64,000 nucleotides of DNA from an uncultured delta proteobacterium. GTDB lineage: Bacteria; Myxococcota_A; Polyangia; Haliangiales; Haliangiaceae. The DNA is taken from positions 832,001 through 896,000 of the forward strand of contig CAWKDB010000010.1 of the NCBI GenBank assembly GCA_963848295.1. Reading direction: 5' to 3'. The stretch's first letter is position 1. The number at the start of each line of letters is the position of its first letter. The notes beneath the pieces were generated by a model. That model did not search any database and was not told the origin of the DNA. It saw nothing but the letters and a program-made list of their open reading frames with translations. Of this stretch, positions 30,994 to 40,891 are shown piece by piece. A program made the translations under genes and the position numbers.

Positions 30994-31776
30994 CTACGTC
31001 TGCGTGTAGATGAACGTCACGGCGGTGCACACCGGAACGGCCTTCCCGTTCACGGCAAACGGCTTGTACTTCCACTGCGTCCGCATCGTGTTGAGGATCT
31101 TGGAGTCATAGGCGCCAAACCCCGTCGACTTGATCTGGGTGACGCTCGTGATATCGCCGCCCGCGTTGAGGCACAGCTTGTACGACCCGACGACGCGGCT
31201 CTTGCCGGAGCGCTGGATGTCGGTCTTCGTGACTTCCTCCGGGAGGATGTTCTTGTCGCCCGCGATCCGCGACGCCTCGAGCATCGTCGGTGCGACGATC
31301 TGGGGAGCGGCGGGCGGCGGCGGCGGCGGCAGCGGGATAGCCGGCGCGGGCGGCGCACCTACGACACCGTCGTCGACACCGTCTTTGTCGCCGTTGATGT
31401 CGCCGTTCTCGGAGCCGGTCTCGACGCCTTGCTCGACCTTGGCCTCTTGCTTCTCGATCTTGATGTTCGGCTGGACGATGTCTTTGACCATCCGCTTATG
31501 CGGGATGATGATGTCTTGCGGCTTCGCGCCACCCTTGGGCAGCGGCGGCGGCGGCGGCGGCGGCGCGGCGGTCGCGAGGTCGGTCGCGATGTTCGGCTTC
31601 TCGAGCCGGTCGATGTGCCAGATCGTCTTGATCCACATCGCGAGGAAGATCCCGAGGTGGATCGCGATGGCGCCGATCAGGACGGGCGCCGCCCATGGCG
31701 GCAGCTTGCGCTTCTTCGCGGCGGCGTAACCACCAAACATGGGTCCGGGCTCGGCGACGGGCGTTTGATTCGACAT
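30994..31776 (-). CDS. tonB: Energy transducer TonB
   Basis: TM helix with His (AIAIHLG), poly-Pro linker, C-terminal QWKYKPFAVNGKAV; AAGGAG RBS. Confidence 0.9.
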   Translation of the reverse strand: MSNQTPVAEPGPMFGGYAAAKKRKLPPWAAPVLIGAIAIHLGIFLAMWIKTIWHIDRLEKPNIATDLATAAPPPPPPPLPKGGAKPQDIIIPHKRMVKDIVQPNIKIEKQEAKVEQGVETGSENGDINGDKDGVDDGVVGAPPAPAIPLPPPPPPAAPQIVAPTMLEASRIAGDKNILPEEVTKTDIQRSGKSRVVGSYKLCLNAGGDITSVTQIKSTGFGAYDSKILNTMRTQWKYKPFAVNGKAVPVCTAVTFIYTQT

Positions 31777-31799
31777 CGGCAGCTTTGCTCCTTTGGCGA

Positions 31800-33020
31800 T
31801 CAGCCGCCGGTCTTGACCGGGCTAGGGTTGACCGGCGCAGCGCCATTGACGGTCGCTGGCGCCGGTGTCGGAGCCGCGGGTTGACCTTGTAGCGCCTTCG
31901 CCTTGTCTCTAAGGACGCCCGACTGGCGCTTTAGATCTTCTGCGCTCGCGCGATCTAGCGCGCCCGCCCACGACACGCCATGAGTCAGCGCGCGCAAGAA
32001 ATAGATCGCGCCCATCAGCGCGATAGGCTTGGGATTTTCCGGCTGAAGCGCCGCGGCCTTTTGGAGCGCGCCGATGCCGCGGTCGGCGACCTCGATCGAG
32101 TCGGCCCCGTCGAGCGTCTTCGAGTGCAGCTTGCCCCAGGCGACGTTGCCGATGAACTGGAACGACTGGGCCTTCTCGGCCGGGTCGGTCGCGAGGTCGG
32201 CGAGCTTGGTGTACCACTCGATCGACTTGCGCCAGTCGCCGGCCTTGAGGTTGACGCCGGCGAGCGTACCGACCAGGTTCAGGTCGTTCGGCTTCTTGCT
32301 GAGGAGGTCGGCCCAGAACGCGACCGCTTTGTCGGCTTGATCGGACTGCAGCCAGTCCTCGGTCATCAGCGTGCGGACCTTCTTCTTGGTCTCGAGATCT
32401 TCTTGCTGTGCCTTGAGCTCTTTGTCGCGCTGATCGTCGTTGGGCTGTGATGTTCCCGCGAGCGCGCGCTGCGTGATCTCCGAGCGCTCGGCCGAAATCT
32501 TCTTGAGCTGCGCCTCGATCACGTCATCGTCTTCTTGGACCGCGAGCCACACCGTGAAGTGCTTCGCCGACAGATCTGCGAGTGCCGCGTCCGGCAGCGC
32601 GCACAGCTGGCTCTGCAAGCACTGAAAGCTCGACGGGCAGCCGTTCTGGTCATCGCAGTCGTGGAAGCTCTTGTCGTGCGGCTTGACGCAGACGCGAGCA
32701 GACACCGGTTGCACCCCTGGGATCACCGAGCACGCCTCCGAGCCGGCGAGGTCGAGCAGGATCGGCTTGTCGGAGCCGGGCCGGAACAACTTCGAGTAGG
32801 CGAGCCCGAGGTTGTAGTGAATGAGCGGATCGTCGACCTCGGCCAGGGCGCGCTCGTATTGCGCAGCGGCATCGACGAACTGCTTGTCGTGAAACAGGCG
32901 GTTACCAGCGCGGTTGCGATTTCGACCGTCGAGCTTGTCGCAGCCGATCGCCGGCGCGACTGCTGCTACCACGAGCAACGTGGCGGCGTAGCGCGCGGCG
33001 CGACCGGCGGTCCAACTCAT
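31800..33020 (-). CDS. TPR-containing lipoprotein
   Basis: PAIGC lipobox-like; TPR motifs (GNRLFHDKQFVDAAAQY, HYNLGLAY, LAGVNLKAGDWRKSIEWY); Cys-rich insert. Confidence 0.78.
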   Translation of the reverse strand: MSWTAGRAARYAATLLVVAAVAPAIGCDKLDGRNRNRAGNRLFHDKQFVDAAAQYERALAEVDDPLIHYNLGLAYSKLFRPGSDKPILLDLAGSEACSVIPGVQPVSARVCVKPHDKSFHDCDDQNGCPSSFQCLQSQLCALPDAALADLSAKHFTVWLAVQEDDDVIEAQLKKISAERSEITQRALAGTSQPNDDQRDKELKAQQEDLETKKKVRTLMTEDWLQSDQADKAVAFWADLLSKKPNDLNLVGTLAGVNLKAGDWRKSIEWYTKLADLATDPAEKAQSFQFIGNVAWGKLHSKTLDGADSIEVADRGIGALQKAAALQPENPKPIALMGAIYFLRALTHGVSWAGALDRASAEDLKRQSGVLRDKAKALQGQPAAPTPAPATVNGAAPVNPSPVKTGG

Positions 33021-33134
33021 GGAGCGCGCGACTATACATAGCGGGGTGCGGAGCATCAACCGCCAAGCGCTCGCATGAACGAGCGGTTTCGCGTAGCCGA
33101 CCTCTCGACCGCGACACCTCGTGGCAAGCGCGCA

Positions 33135-33881
33135 TCACGGCGTCGAGCGAACAACTTCGACGTCGCCGCTGCGCACGCGATGGACACGCCCGCCGTCATC
33201 GCGCAGCAACAGCGCCCCGTCGCGATCGAGCCCGGCGACCTCGCCGACGAGCGCGGCGCCGTCGATCGTCGCGCGCGCTGCGAGCCCGGGCGCCATTCGC
33301 TCGTGCCACGCTGGGATGATCGCATCGAGCCCGTTCGCGATGTAACAGTCGACCCACTGCTCGACATTCCCGAGCAGCGCCGCGGCGAAATCATCGCGCA
33401 TCGGCGCGACTCCGGCTGCTTCGTCGAGCGCGATGGCGTGGGCCACGAGGGCCTCGCTGGTCACCAGATTCACGCCGATGCCGACGACGACGGCTTCGAG
33501 CCGCGTCGCTTGGCTCTGCGCTTCGACCAAGACACCGGCGAGCTTGCGGCCGACGACGAGCACGTCGTTCGGCCACTTGAGCACCGCGGCGGCGCCGAGC
33601 TCGCGCGCCGTGTCGCACACCGCGATGCCGATCGCGAGCGTCATCGGCGGCACCTCGGCGAGCGCGAGCGGCGGCCGGATCACCGCCGACAGGTACAAGC
33701 CACCCGGCGGTGAGCTCCACTCGCGACCGGAGCGACCGCGACCCGAGCGCTGCGCGTCCGCGATCACGACCGTGCCGTGCCGTGCGCCCGCGCGCGCGAG
33801 CCGCGCCGCTTCATCGTTGGTCGAGCCGCACTCGGCCAGCGTCACGCGCTGACAGCCGAGCCAACCCGAACGCCGCGTCAC
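33135..33881 (-). CDS. birA: Biotin--protein ligase (no N-terminal HTH)
   Basis: [43 protein letters not shown] overlap with nadC. Confidence 0.93.
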   Translation of the reverse strand: MTRRSGWLGCQRVTLAECGSTNDEAARLARAGARHGTVVIADAQRSGRGRSGREWSSPPGGLYLSAVIRPPLALAEVPPMTLAIGIAVCDTARELGAAAVLKWPNDVLVVGRKLAGVLVEAQSQATRLEAVVVGIGVNLVTSEALVAHAIALDEAAGVAPMRDDFAAALLGNVEQWVDCYIANGLDAIIPAWHERMAPGLAARATIDGAALVGEVAGLDRDGALLLRDDGGRVHRVRSGDVEVVRSTP

Positions 33882-34753
33882 GCGCGCACGTCCAGGCCGA
33901 GGTCGACGGCCGGCGCGGAGTGGGTCAGCGCGCCGACCGAGATCAGATCGGCGCCGGCGCGCGCGTAGTCCGCGATCGTCGCGAGCGTGATCCCGCCCGA
34001 CACCTCGACGATCGCACCGCGACCATGCGCGCGCGCTGCGGCGACCTCGACCTGGGCCGGCGACATGTTGTCGAGCAACACGACCTCGGCCGCGGCGGCG
34101 AGCGCTTCGTCGAGCTCGCCGAGGTTCGTCACCTCGACCTCGACCCGCAGCGGATGCGGGGCCTTGGCCTTCGCCGCCTCGACCGCCGCGCGCACCGAGC
34201 CACAAGCGGCGATGTGATTGTCTTTGATCAAGATGCCGCTGCCGAGATCGAAGCGGTGGTTCGCGCAACCGCCCGCGAGCACCGCCGCCTTCTCCAGCAC
34301 GCGAAACCCCGGCGTCGTCTTGCGGGTGTCGACGACCTTCGCCTTCCCGAAACCAGACGACGCGACCGCATCGGCATAGCGCCGCGCGAGCGTCGCGACG
34401 CCGGACAGTCGCTGCACGAAGTTGAGCGCGGTGCGTTCCGCCGCGAGCACGCCGCGCGCCGGGCCACGCACGGTCATCACCAGGCCGCCGCGGTCGACGC
34501 GCGCGCCGTCGGGCGCGACGATCTCGATCTCGGCGTCGGGCTCGATCCGCGCGAACACCGCAGCGGCGATCTCGACGCCGAACGCGACGATCGGCTCGCG
34601 CGCGACCAGGTCGGCCGTGACTTGAGACTCGCGAGTGAGCGTGACCGCCGAGGTGATGTCACCGCGGCCGAGATCTTCGTCGATCGCGAGATCGATCAAC
34701 CGCTCGACCGCCGGCAGCGCGGCGAGGCCTCGAGGTACATGCCGGCTAACCAT
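33878..34753 (-). CDS. nadC: Quinolinate phosphoribosyltransferase
   Basis: [44 protein letters not shown]. Confidence 0.96.
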   Translation of the reverse strand: MVSRHVPRGLAALPAVERLIDLAIDEDLGRGDITSAVTLTRESQVTADLVAREPIVAFGVEIAAAVFARIEPDAEIEIVAPDGARVDRGGLVMTVRGPARGVLAAERTALNFVQRLSGVATLARRYADAVASSGFGKAKVVDTRKTTPGFRVLEKAAVLAGGCANHRFDLGSGILIKDNHIAACGSVRAAVEAAKAKAPHPLRVEVEVTNLGELDEALAAAAEVVLLDNMSPAQVEVAAARAHGRGAIVEVSGGITLATIADYARAGADLISVGALTHSAPAVDLGLDVRA

Positions 34754-34772
34754 TGCCCGGCAGCCTACAACG

Positions 34773-35600
<828 letters not shown>

Positions 35601-35640
35601 CTACGCGGTCCGGCGTTCCCCGCCGCGCGCGCGGTGGCGC

Positions 35641-36543
35641 TTACTGGCCGCTGCGCAGCGGATCGAAGTCGCCGGTGACGACCGAGTCCGCGAGCACCGG
35701 CACGGCGAGCTCGGCGATCAGCGTGAGCTTGTCGGCGGCGAGATCCGCATCGCTCGCGTAGCCCCAGGCCTGGACATAACCGCTGGTCTGCGGCGGCAGC
35801 TGGATCACCATGAAGATGCCGTCGCCCGACGCCGACTCTTGCTGCTGGTGGTGCACCGGCAGGTCGATGCCGGCCGAGAAGTAGTAGCTCTCGGCGCCAT
35901 CGATCAGCGTGGCCGTGCCCGACGTCGTCGACACCGTGCCGATGAAGTTCGAGACCTCATTGCCGTCGCAGTCGTGCACCGTACCGGCGACGACGCCCGT
36001 GCCCTGGATCCGAGTCTCGCCGATCAGCGCCGGCAACGTCTCGGCGGTCGCGTCCGACACGCTCTGGATCCGCGCCAGCGTCTGCGTCGCCATCCCCGGA
36101 TCGACGTACTGGTTGAGCAAGAACGTCGGCATCACGCCGGTGCCGTTCATCTCGAACCCGAACCGCGTCGTGCCGATCGGGACGGTGAACGAGATCGCGG
36201 CGTTCTCGTCCGCGGTCTCCGTGTCGAACGGCGCCGTGTAGTTGATGTCCTGAAAAGCGGTGACCATCGCGTTGGGCACGAGGTTGTGGCTCTGGAAGTC
36301 TTTCACCGTCGTCGACAGCGCGACCGCGACCGTGGTCGGTGTGTCGGTCGAGGGCGTGTTGAGGCACGTGAAGTTCGCCGGTCCGAGATCGGTCGGCGTC
36401 GTCGCACCCGACGGCTCGTTGTTCGCGTGGAGCACGACCGTCGGCTTGTTGAAGCCGATATCCACCGCGGGCGCAGCGTCCGGCGTCGTGGAGCCCTTGC
36501 AGGCGGCGATTAATGACAGGCAAGAAACAATGTGGATACGCAT
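35641..36543 (-). CDS. Hypothetical lipoprotein (beta-sandwich-like)
   Basis: MRIHIVSCLSLIAAC lipobox; GGAG RBS; Thr-rich. Confidence 0.75.
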   Translation of the reverse strand: MRIHIVSCLSLIAACKGSTTPDAAPAVDIGFNKPTVVLHANNEPSGATTPTDLGPANFTCLNTPSTDTPTTVAVALSTTVKDFQSHNLVPNAMVTAFQDINYTAPFDTETADENAAISFTVPIGTTRFGFEMNGTGVMPTFLLNQYVDPGMATQTLARIQSVSDATAETLPALIGETRIQGTGVVAGTVHDCDGNEVSNFIGTVSTTSGTATLIDGAESYYFSAGIDLPVHHQQQESASGDGIFMVIQLPPQTSGYVQAWGYASDADLAADKLTLIAELAVPVLADSVVTGDFDPLRSGQ

Positions 36544-36631
36544 GGGCAAGCTCCGTGGCGAAGTGGGTGATTTCTAACGGCCACGCCCTGTCGATTGCAA
36601 CGATTTCCTTTCGAGGGGTAAAACGCCATTC

Positions 36632-37696
36632 ATGGACCTCCGCAAGATCCGAGAAATCCTGGGCGCCGAAGGCGCGCTGCTCGACCACCAGTGCAAGACG
36701 ATCCCGGCGAGCTCGTTGACCCTGCCCGGCCCGCGCTATGTCGACGACATCTACGGCGCGATGAGCGATCGAACGCCGCGCGTGCTCGGCGCGCTCCAGA
36801 GCATGTACTCGCACGGCCGCCTCGCGAATACCGGCTACCTCTCGATCTTGCCGGTCGATCAAGGCATCGAGCATTCCGCCGGCGCGTCGTTCGCGCCGAA
36901 CCCGATGATGTTCGACCCCGACAACATCATCCGGCTCGCGATCGAAGGCGGTTGCAGCGCGGTCGCATCGACGTTCGGCGTGCTCGGCGTGACCGCACGC
37001 AAGTACGCGCATCGCATTCCTTACATCGTGAAGATCAACCACAGCGAGCTGTTCTCGTACCCGAACACATATGACCAGGTGATGTTCGGCACCGTGCGCC
37101 AGGCGTTCGACATGGGTGCACGCGGCGTCGGAGCGACGGTGTATTGGGGCGCGCCCGAATCGCGTCGCCAGCTCCACGAGGTCGCGGGCGCGTTCGCCGA
37201 GGCGCACTCGCTCGGCATGTTCACGGTGCTGTGGTGCTATGTCCGCAACAACGGGTTCAAGACCGCCGTCGCCGATCACAACACGTCGGCGGACTTCGAA
37301 GGCCAAGCGAACCACCTCGGCGTCACGATCCAGGCCGACATCATCAAGCAGAAGATGCCGGACTCGAACGGCGGCTATAACGACCCGGCGCTCAAGGGTT
37401 TCGGCAAGACCGACAAGAAGGTCTACACCGATCTGACGACCGACAATTTGATCGACCTCACGCGCTACCAGGTCGCGAACTGTTACATGGGCCGGGTCGG
37501 CCTCATCAACTCGGGCGGCGCGTCCGGCGCCAACGACCTGCACGACGCGGTCAAGACCGCGGTCGTCAACAAGCGCGCCGGCGGCACCGGCCTGATCGCG
37601 GGACGCAAGGCGTTCCAGCGCCCGTTCAAGGATGGGGTCGAGCTGCTCAACGCGATCCAGGATGTGTACTTGAGTAAGGACGTCACGGTCGCGTAG
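36632..37696 (+). CDS. fbaB: Class I fructose-bisphosphate aldolase (FbaB/DhnA type)
   Basis: [31 protein letters not shown] Schiff-base Lys, [14 protein letters not shown]. Confidence 0.96.
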   Translation: MDLRKIREILGAEGALLDHQCKTIPASSLTLPGPRYVDDIYGAMSDRTPRVLGALQSMYSHGRLANTGYLSILPVDQGIEHSAGASFAPNPMMFDPDNIIRLAIEGGCSAVASTFGVLGVTARKYAHRIPYIVKINHSELFSYPNTYDQVMFGTVRQAFDMGARGVGATVYWGAPESRRQLHEVAGAFAEAHSLGMFTVLWCYVRNNGFKTAVADHNTSADFEGQANHLGVTIQADIIKQKMPDSNGGYNDPALKGFGKTDKKVYTDLTTDNLIDLTRYQVANCYMGRVGLINSGGASGANDLHDAVKTAVVNKRAGGTGLIAGRKAFQRPFKDGVELLNAIQDVYLSKDVTVA

Positions 37697-37728
37697 CGAG
37701 CGGTCGCGGGTCGCTGATACAAATACGA

Positions 37729-38997
37729 ATGCCTCGGCTCGGGGAGATCCTGATCGCGGACGGCGTCGTGTCGGCCGAGCAGGTCGAGCAGGCGCTGCGA
37801 GCCCAGGTCGTGTGGGGCGGTCGGCTCGGCACGAACCTCGTCGAGCTGCATTGCATCGATCTCGATGGAGTCGCCGCCGCGCTCGGCAAGCAACGCGGAT
37901 TGCCGGCCGCGCTCGCGCGCCACTTCGAGGCCGCCGACCCGGCGGTCCAAGCGCAGCTGCCGGCGCTCATCGCGGCGCGCTGGGCGTGCGTGCCGCTGCG
38001 CCGGTTTGGAGAGGAAGGGCGGCTCGCGATCGCGGCGATCGATCCGCTCGGCGCGGAGGCGCGCGTGCTGATCGCCGAGAGCTACGGCATCGATCCCGCG
38101 CTCGTCGTCGTCGCGCTCGCCGCGGAGCTCCGCATCAAGTACCACCTCGAGGCGGTCTACAAGATCCAACGGCCCGCGCGCTTCCTGCGCTCGCGCGGCC
38201 AGAGCATCCCGCCGTTCCCGTTGTTCGAAGCCGACGCGATCGACGAGGCCGACGACGACCTCTCGATCCCGATCACGATCGACGAGGACGGCGAGCCGTC
38301 GGCCCCGATCGAGCCGGCCGAGCCGCTCGACATCGATCTCGACGGCCTGGTCGACGAGGGCTCGCAGCCGTCGGCTCAGCCAACCGGCCGCGATCGCCGG
38401 CGTTACGTCCCCACGCTCGGCGAACCAGAGGACGTGGCTCCGGAAGCCGCGCTCGGTCGGATCGCGATCCGCCGCGTCGCGGTCTTGCCGCGCGCCGCGA
38501 GCGAAGCCCTCGACGGTGATGCACCACTCACGCTCGACACCGCGGCCCGGGCGATTCGCCGCAGCAAAGATCGCGACAAGGTCGCCGAGCTCGTGATCGA
38601 GGCGATCGAGCAGTTCGCACCGACCTGCGAGGCGGCGGTCCTGCTCGTCGTGCGCGGTGGCGTCGCGACCGGCTGGAAGGCGTTCTCGCGCCGCGACTCG
38701 GCGACCGCCGAAATCTCGGTGCCGCTCGATCAACCCGGGCTCGTACCGAAAGCGATCGAAGCGAACGCGGTGATCCGGGCGCACGCGAGCGAGTTGTCGC
38801 CGATCGATCGCCTGCTGCTCGGCGCGCTCGACTTCGCCGACGGCGATCTCGCGGTCGCTCCCGTCGCGATCGCGAGCCGGGTGCTGTGCGCGATCGCCGT
38901 GGCCACGTCTTGCGATGCCGACCTCGGGCCGCTCGATGCGATCGTCGCCGCGTGCGGCACCGCGTTCGCTCGGTTGATCCGCGACGCGAGTCGCTAG
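37729..38997 (+). CDS. MshEN/T2SSE_N-domain protein with acidic linker and GAF-like C-terminus, no ATPase domain
   Basis: RLGEILIADGVVSAEQVEQALRAQ..GGRLGTNL matches the MshEN c-di-GMP motif. Confidence 0.82.
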   Translation: MPRLGEILIADGVVSAEQVEQALRAQVVWGGRLGTNLVELHCIDLDGVAAALGKQRGLPAALARHFEAADPAVQAQLPALIAARWACVPLRRFGEEGRLAIAAIDPLGAEARVLIAESYGIDPALVVVALAAELRIKYHLEAVYKIQRPARFLRSRGQSIPPFPLFEADAIDEADDDLSIPITIDEDGEPSAPIEPAEPLDIDLDGLVDEGSQPSAQPTGRDRRRYVPTLGEPEDVAPEAALGRIAIRRVAVLPRAASEALDGDAPLTLDTAARAIRRSKDRDKVAELVIEAIEQFAPTCEAAVLLVVRGGVATGWKAFSRRDSATAEISVPLDQPGLVPKAIEANAVIRAHASELSPIDRLLLGALDFADGDLAVAPVAIASRVLCAIAVATSCDADLGPLDAIVAACGTAFARLIRDASR

Positions 38998-39003
38998 TGG
39001 CGG

Positions 39004-39059
39004 CCGGACCGGAGATGGTCCGGAGGCTCGCGCCGCCTCCGGAGGCTCGCGCCACCTCC
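39004..39059. repeat. Intergenic hairpin cluster with a 19-bp tandem duplication
   Basis: CCGGACC-N6-GGTCCGG overlapping TCCGGAGGCTCGCGCC(G/A)CC x2 (39019-39056). Confidence 0.65.
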
Positions 39060-39146
39060 CGAAGTAGTGCCGCATCCTGAATTGCGATAGAGGCGGCTCG
39101 TGATCGGGCAGGCGGTCTCGGCACGTCGGTTGCTTGGGACCCGCGC

Positions 39147-40085
39147 ATGTCGAATCGACCGTTCCTGCTGCTCGTCGTGTTGTTCGTGCTCGGAACCGTG
39201 TGTTTCGCGCTGCCGTACGCCGTCACCTCCAGCGAGTATCACGCGCTGCTCACGGCGCCGCACGCCACCGGCACGGTCGTCGGCGTCGAGCCGTGGGGCA
39301 AGCACATCGCGGTGCGGATCAAGTATCAGCACCGCGGCCCCGACTCGAAGCTCTATCCCGAGGAGCTGACCACGTACCCGGTCGTCGAGCAGGCGGCGAG
39401 CTTCGCGGTCGGCGAACCGGTCGATCTGATCGACGGGCGCGAGACGATCCTGCCCGACAAGCTGAGCCGCGAAGCGCCATCGCCGATCCTCTTGGCCGGC
39501 GCGATCGCGTGCGCGCTCGGGCTGCTCGGGTCGCTCGTGCTCCACGTGCGGCTGCGGCTGCCGCGCGACCCGCGCACCGCGCTCGAGGTCATCGGCGTCG
39601 CGCTCGCCCGCACGCGCAACGTCCGGCTCGCCGGCGCGATGATGTTCACCATGCTCGGCGCGCTGTTCGCGGTCGTGCCGTTCGCCGATGCGGAGGGCTC
39701 GGCGGGCGAGCGCCTCGGGATCGGTGTGCTGGCGCTGGCGACGCTCGGCGTCGCGGGGGTGTTCGCACGCATCGCGTATCGCCTGCGCGACGTCGAGCAC
39801 AACCCGATCGTCGACTTGATCGAGCATCGCTCGCAGGACATCGCCTGGTTCTACGTGCAGCGGACGCGCGGTCGCTACGGCGTGGAGGTCACCGACGCGA
39901 TGATCTGGAAAACCGATCGCAAGGTCGTGAGTATCCGCGTCGTCCCCAAGGACAGCGACATCATCCTCGCCGAGCTCGCCCGCCGTGCGCCTCACGCCGC
40001 GCGCGGTTATTCGGTGGAGACCGAGAAGCTGTATCGCGCGAACCCCGTGCGGTGGAACCAGAGCGCCGCGGCGGCGAGCTCGTAG
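39147..40085 (+). CDS. Hypothetical membrane protein
   Basis: About four hydrophobic segments; N-terminal part resembles the DUF3592 layout. Confidence 0.7.
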   Translation: MSNRPFLLLVVLFVLGTVCFALPYAVTSSEYHALLTAPHATGTVVGVEPWGKHIAVRIKYQHRGPDSKLYPEELTTYPVVEQAASFAVGEPVDLIDGRETILPDKLSREAPSPILLAGAIACALGLLGSLVLHVRLRLPRDPRTALEVIGVALARTRNVRLAGAMMFTMLGALFAVVPFADAEGSAGERLGIGVLALATLGVAGVFARIAYRLRDVEHNPIVDLIEHRSQDIAWFYVQRTRGRYGVEVTDAMIWKTDRKVVSIRVVPKDSDIILAELARRAPHAARGYSVETEKLYRANPVRWNQSAAAASS

Positions 40086-40099
40086 CCGCCCAGACGTTC

Positions 40100-40147
40100 C
40101 AGTTGCAGTTGCAGTTGCAGTTGCAGTGGCAGTGGCAGTGGCACTGC
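40100..40147. repeat. Hexanucleotide microsatellite (CAGTTG)4(CAGTGG)3 followed by CACTGC
   Basis: Read directly from the sequence; intergenic. Confidence 0.92.
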
Positions 40148-40235
40148 AGCCGTCTGTTAGGGCGTCGCTCTGCGTTTTACCTGCGACTCCTCGCCGCGAC
40201 CACGCGTCCGGATGGCCACACCCAAGGAGATCCGC

Positions 40236-40520
40236 ATGATGAAGCTCGCTATCGCCGCCACGTTCCTGTCCGCCACCCTGATTTCCGCTGTCAGCTCCGC
40301 GAGCTGCAGCATCCACAACGACACCGGTTACGACTTCAAGGTCGAGAGCGGCAACACGTCGAACCAGAGCGTCGGCGCGCACACGTCGACGTCGATCGCC
40401 GCGGGCCGGATCATCGGCAAGGACGAGAAGTCCGGCAAGACGATCTCCGGATCGTGCAAGGACGGCGACCAGCTCGAGGTCACCGACGACCACGGCGTGC
40501 CGATCCTGACGGTGAAGTAG
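40236..40520 (+). CDS. Small secreted protein
   Basis: AAGGAGA RBS, signal peptide MMKLAIAATFLSATLISAVSSA, two Cys. Confidence 0.8.
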   Translation: MMKLAIAATFLSATLISAVSSASCSIHNDTGYDFKVESGNTSNQSVGAHTSTSIAAGRIIGKDEKSGKTISGSCKDGDQLEVTDDHGVPILTVK

Positions 40521-40587
40521 CCCACAGGCCGCTAGGAGCGGCACCCTCCTGGACAGCGCCGGCGACTTGCGGCAACGTGCGCCGGCT

Positions 40588-40803
40588 ATGGGCCAGGAGC
40601 ACGCCGCCGAGCGCAAGAAGCACCGCCATGACCTCGGCCAAGAGGATCATGGGCCCAAGCTCGCCGCGAAGACGACCCGCGCGATCCAAGCGCTGCTCGG
40701 CCTGTGGATCGCGCTGACCGTCGGCCTGGTCATCTACGCTCTCGTCGACGCATCGCGGTCCGAGACCGCGCCCGCGGCCGCCCAACCGGCGTCGGCCCAG
40801 TGA
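40588..40803 (+). CDS. Small single-pass membrane protein
   Basis: Charged N-terminus followed by one TM helix (LLGLWIALTVGLVIYALV). Confidence 0.6.
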   Translation: MGQEHAAERKKHRHDLGQEDHGPKLAAKTTRAIQALLGLWIALTVGLVIYALVDASRSETAPAAAQPASAQ

Positions 40804-40891
40804 TCCGCGGCAGGGGCCTGCCCGGCTACCCAACCCGCCGGCGATCGGTCATGGTCTTCGGGTCGGATCTCGAGGGGGATCGCGACGCGTC

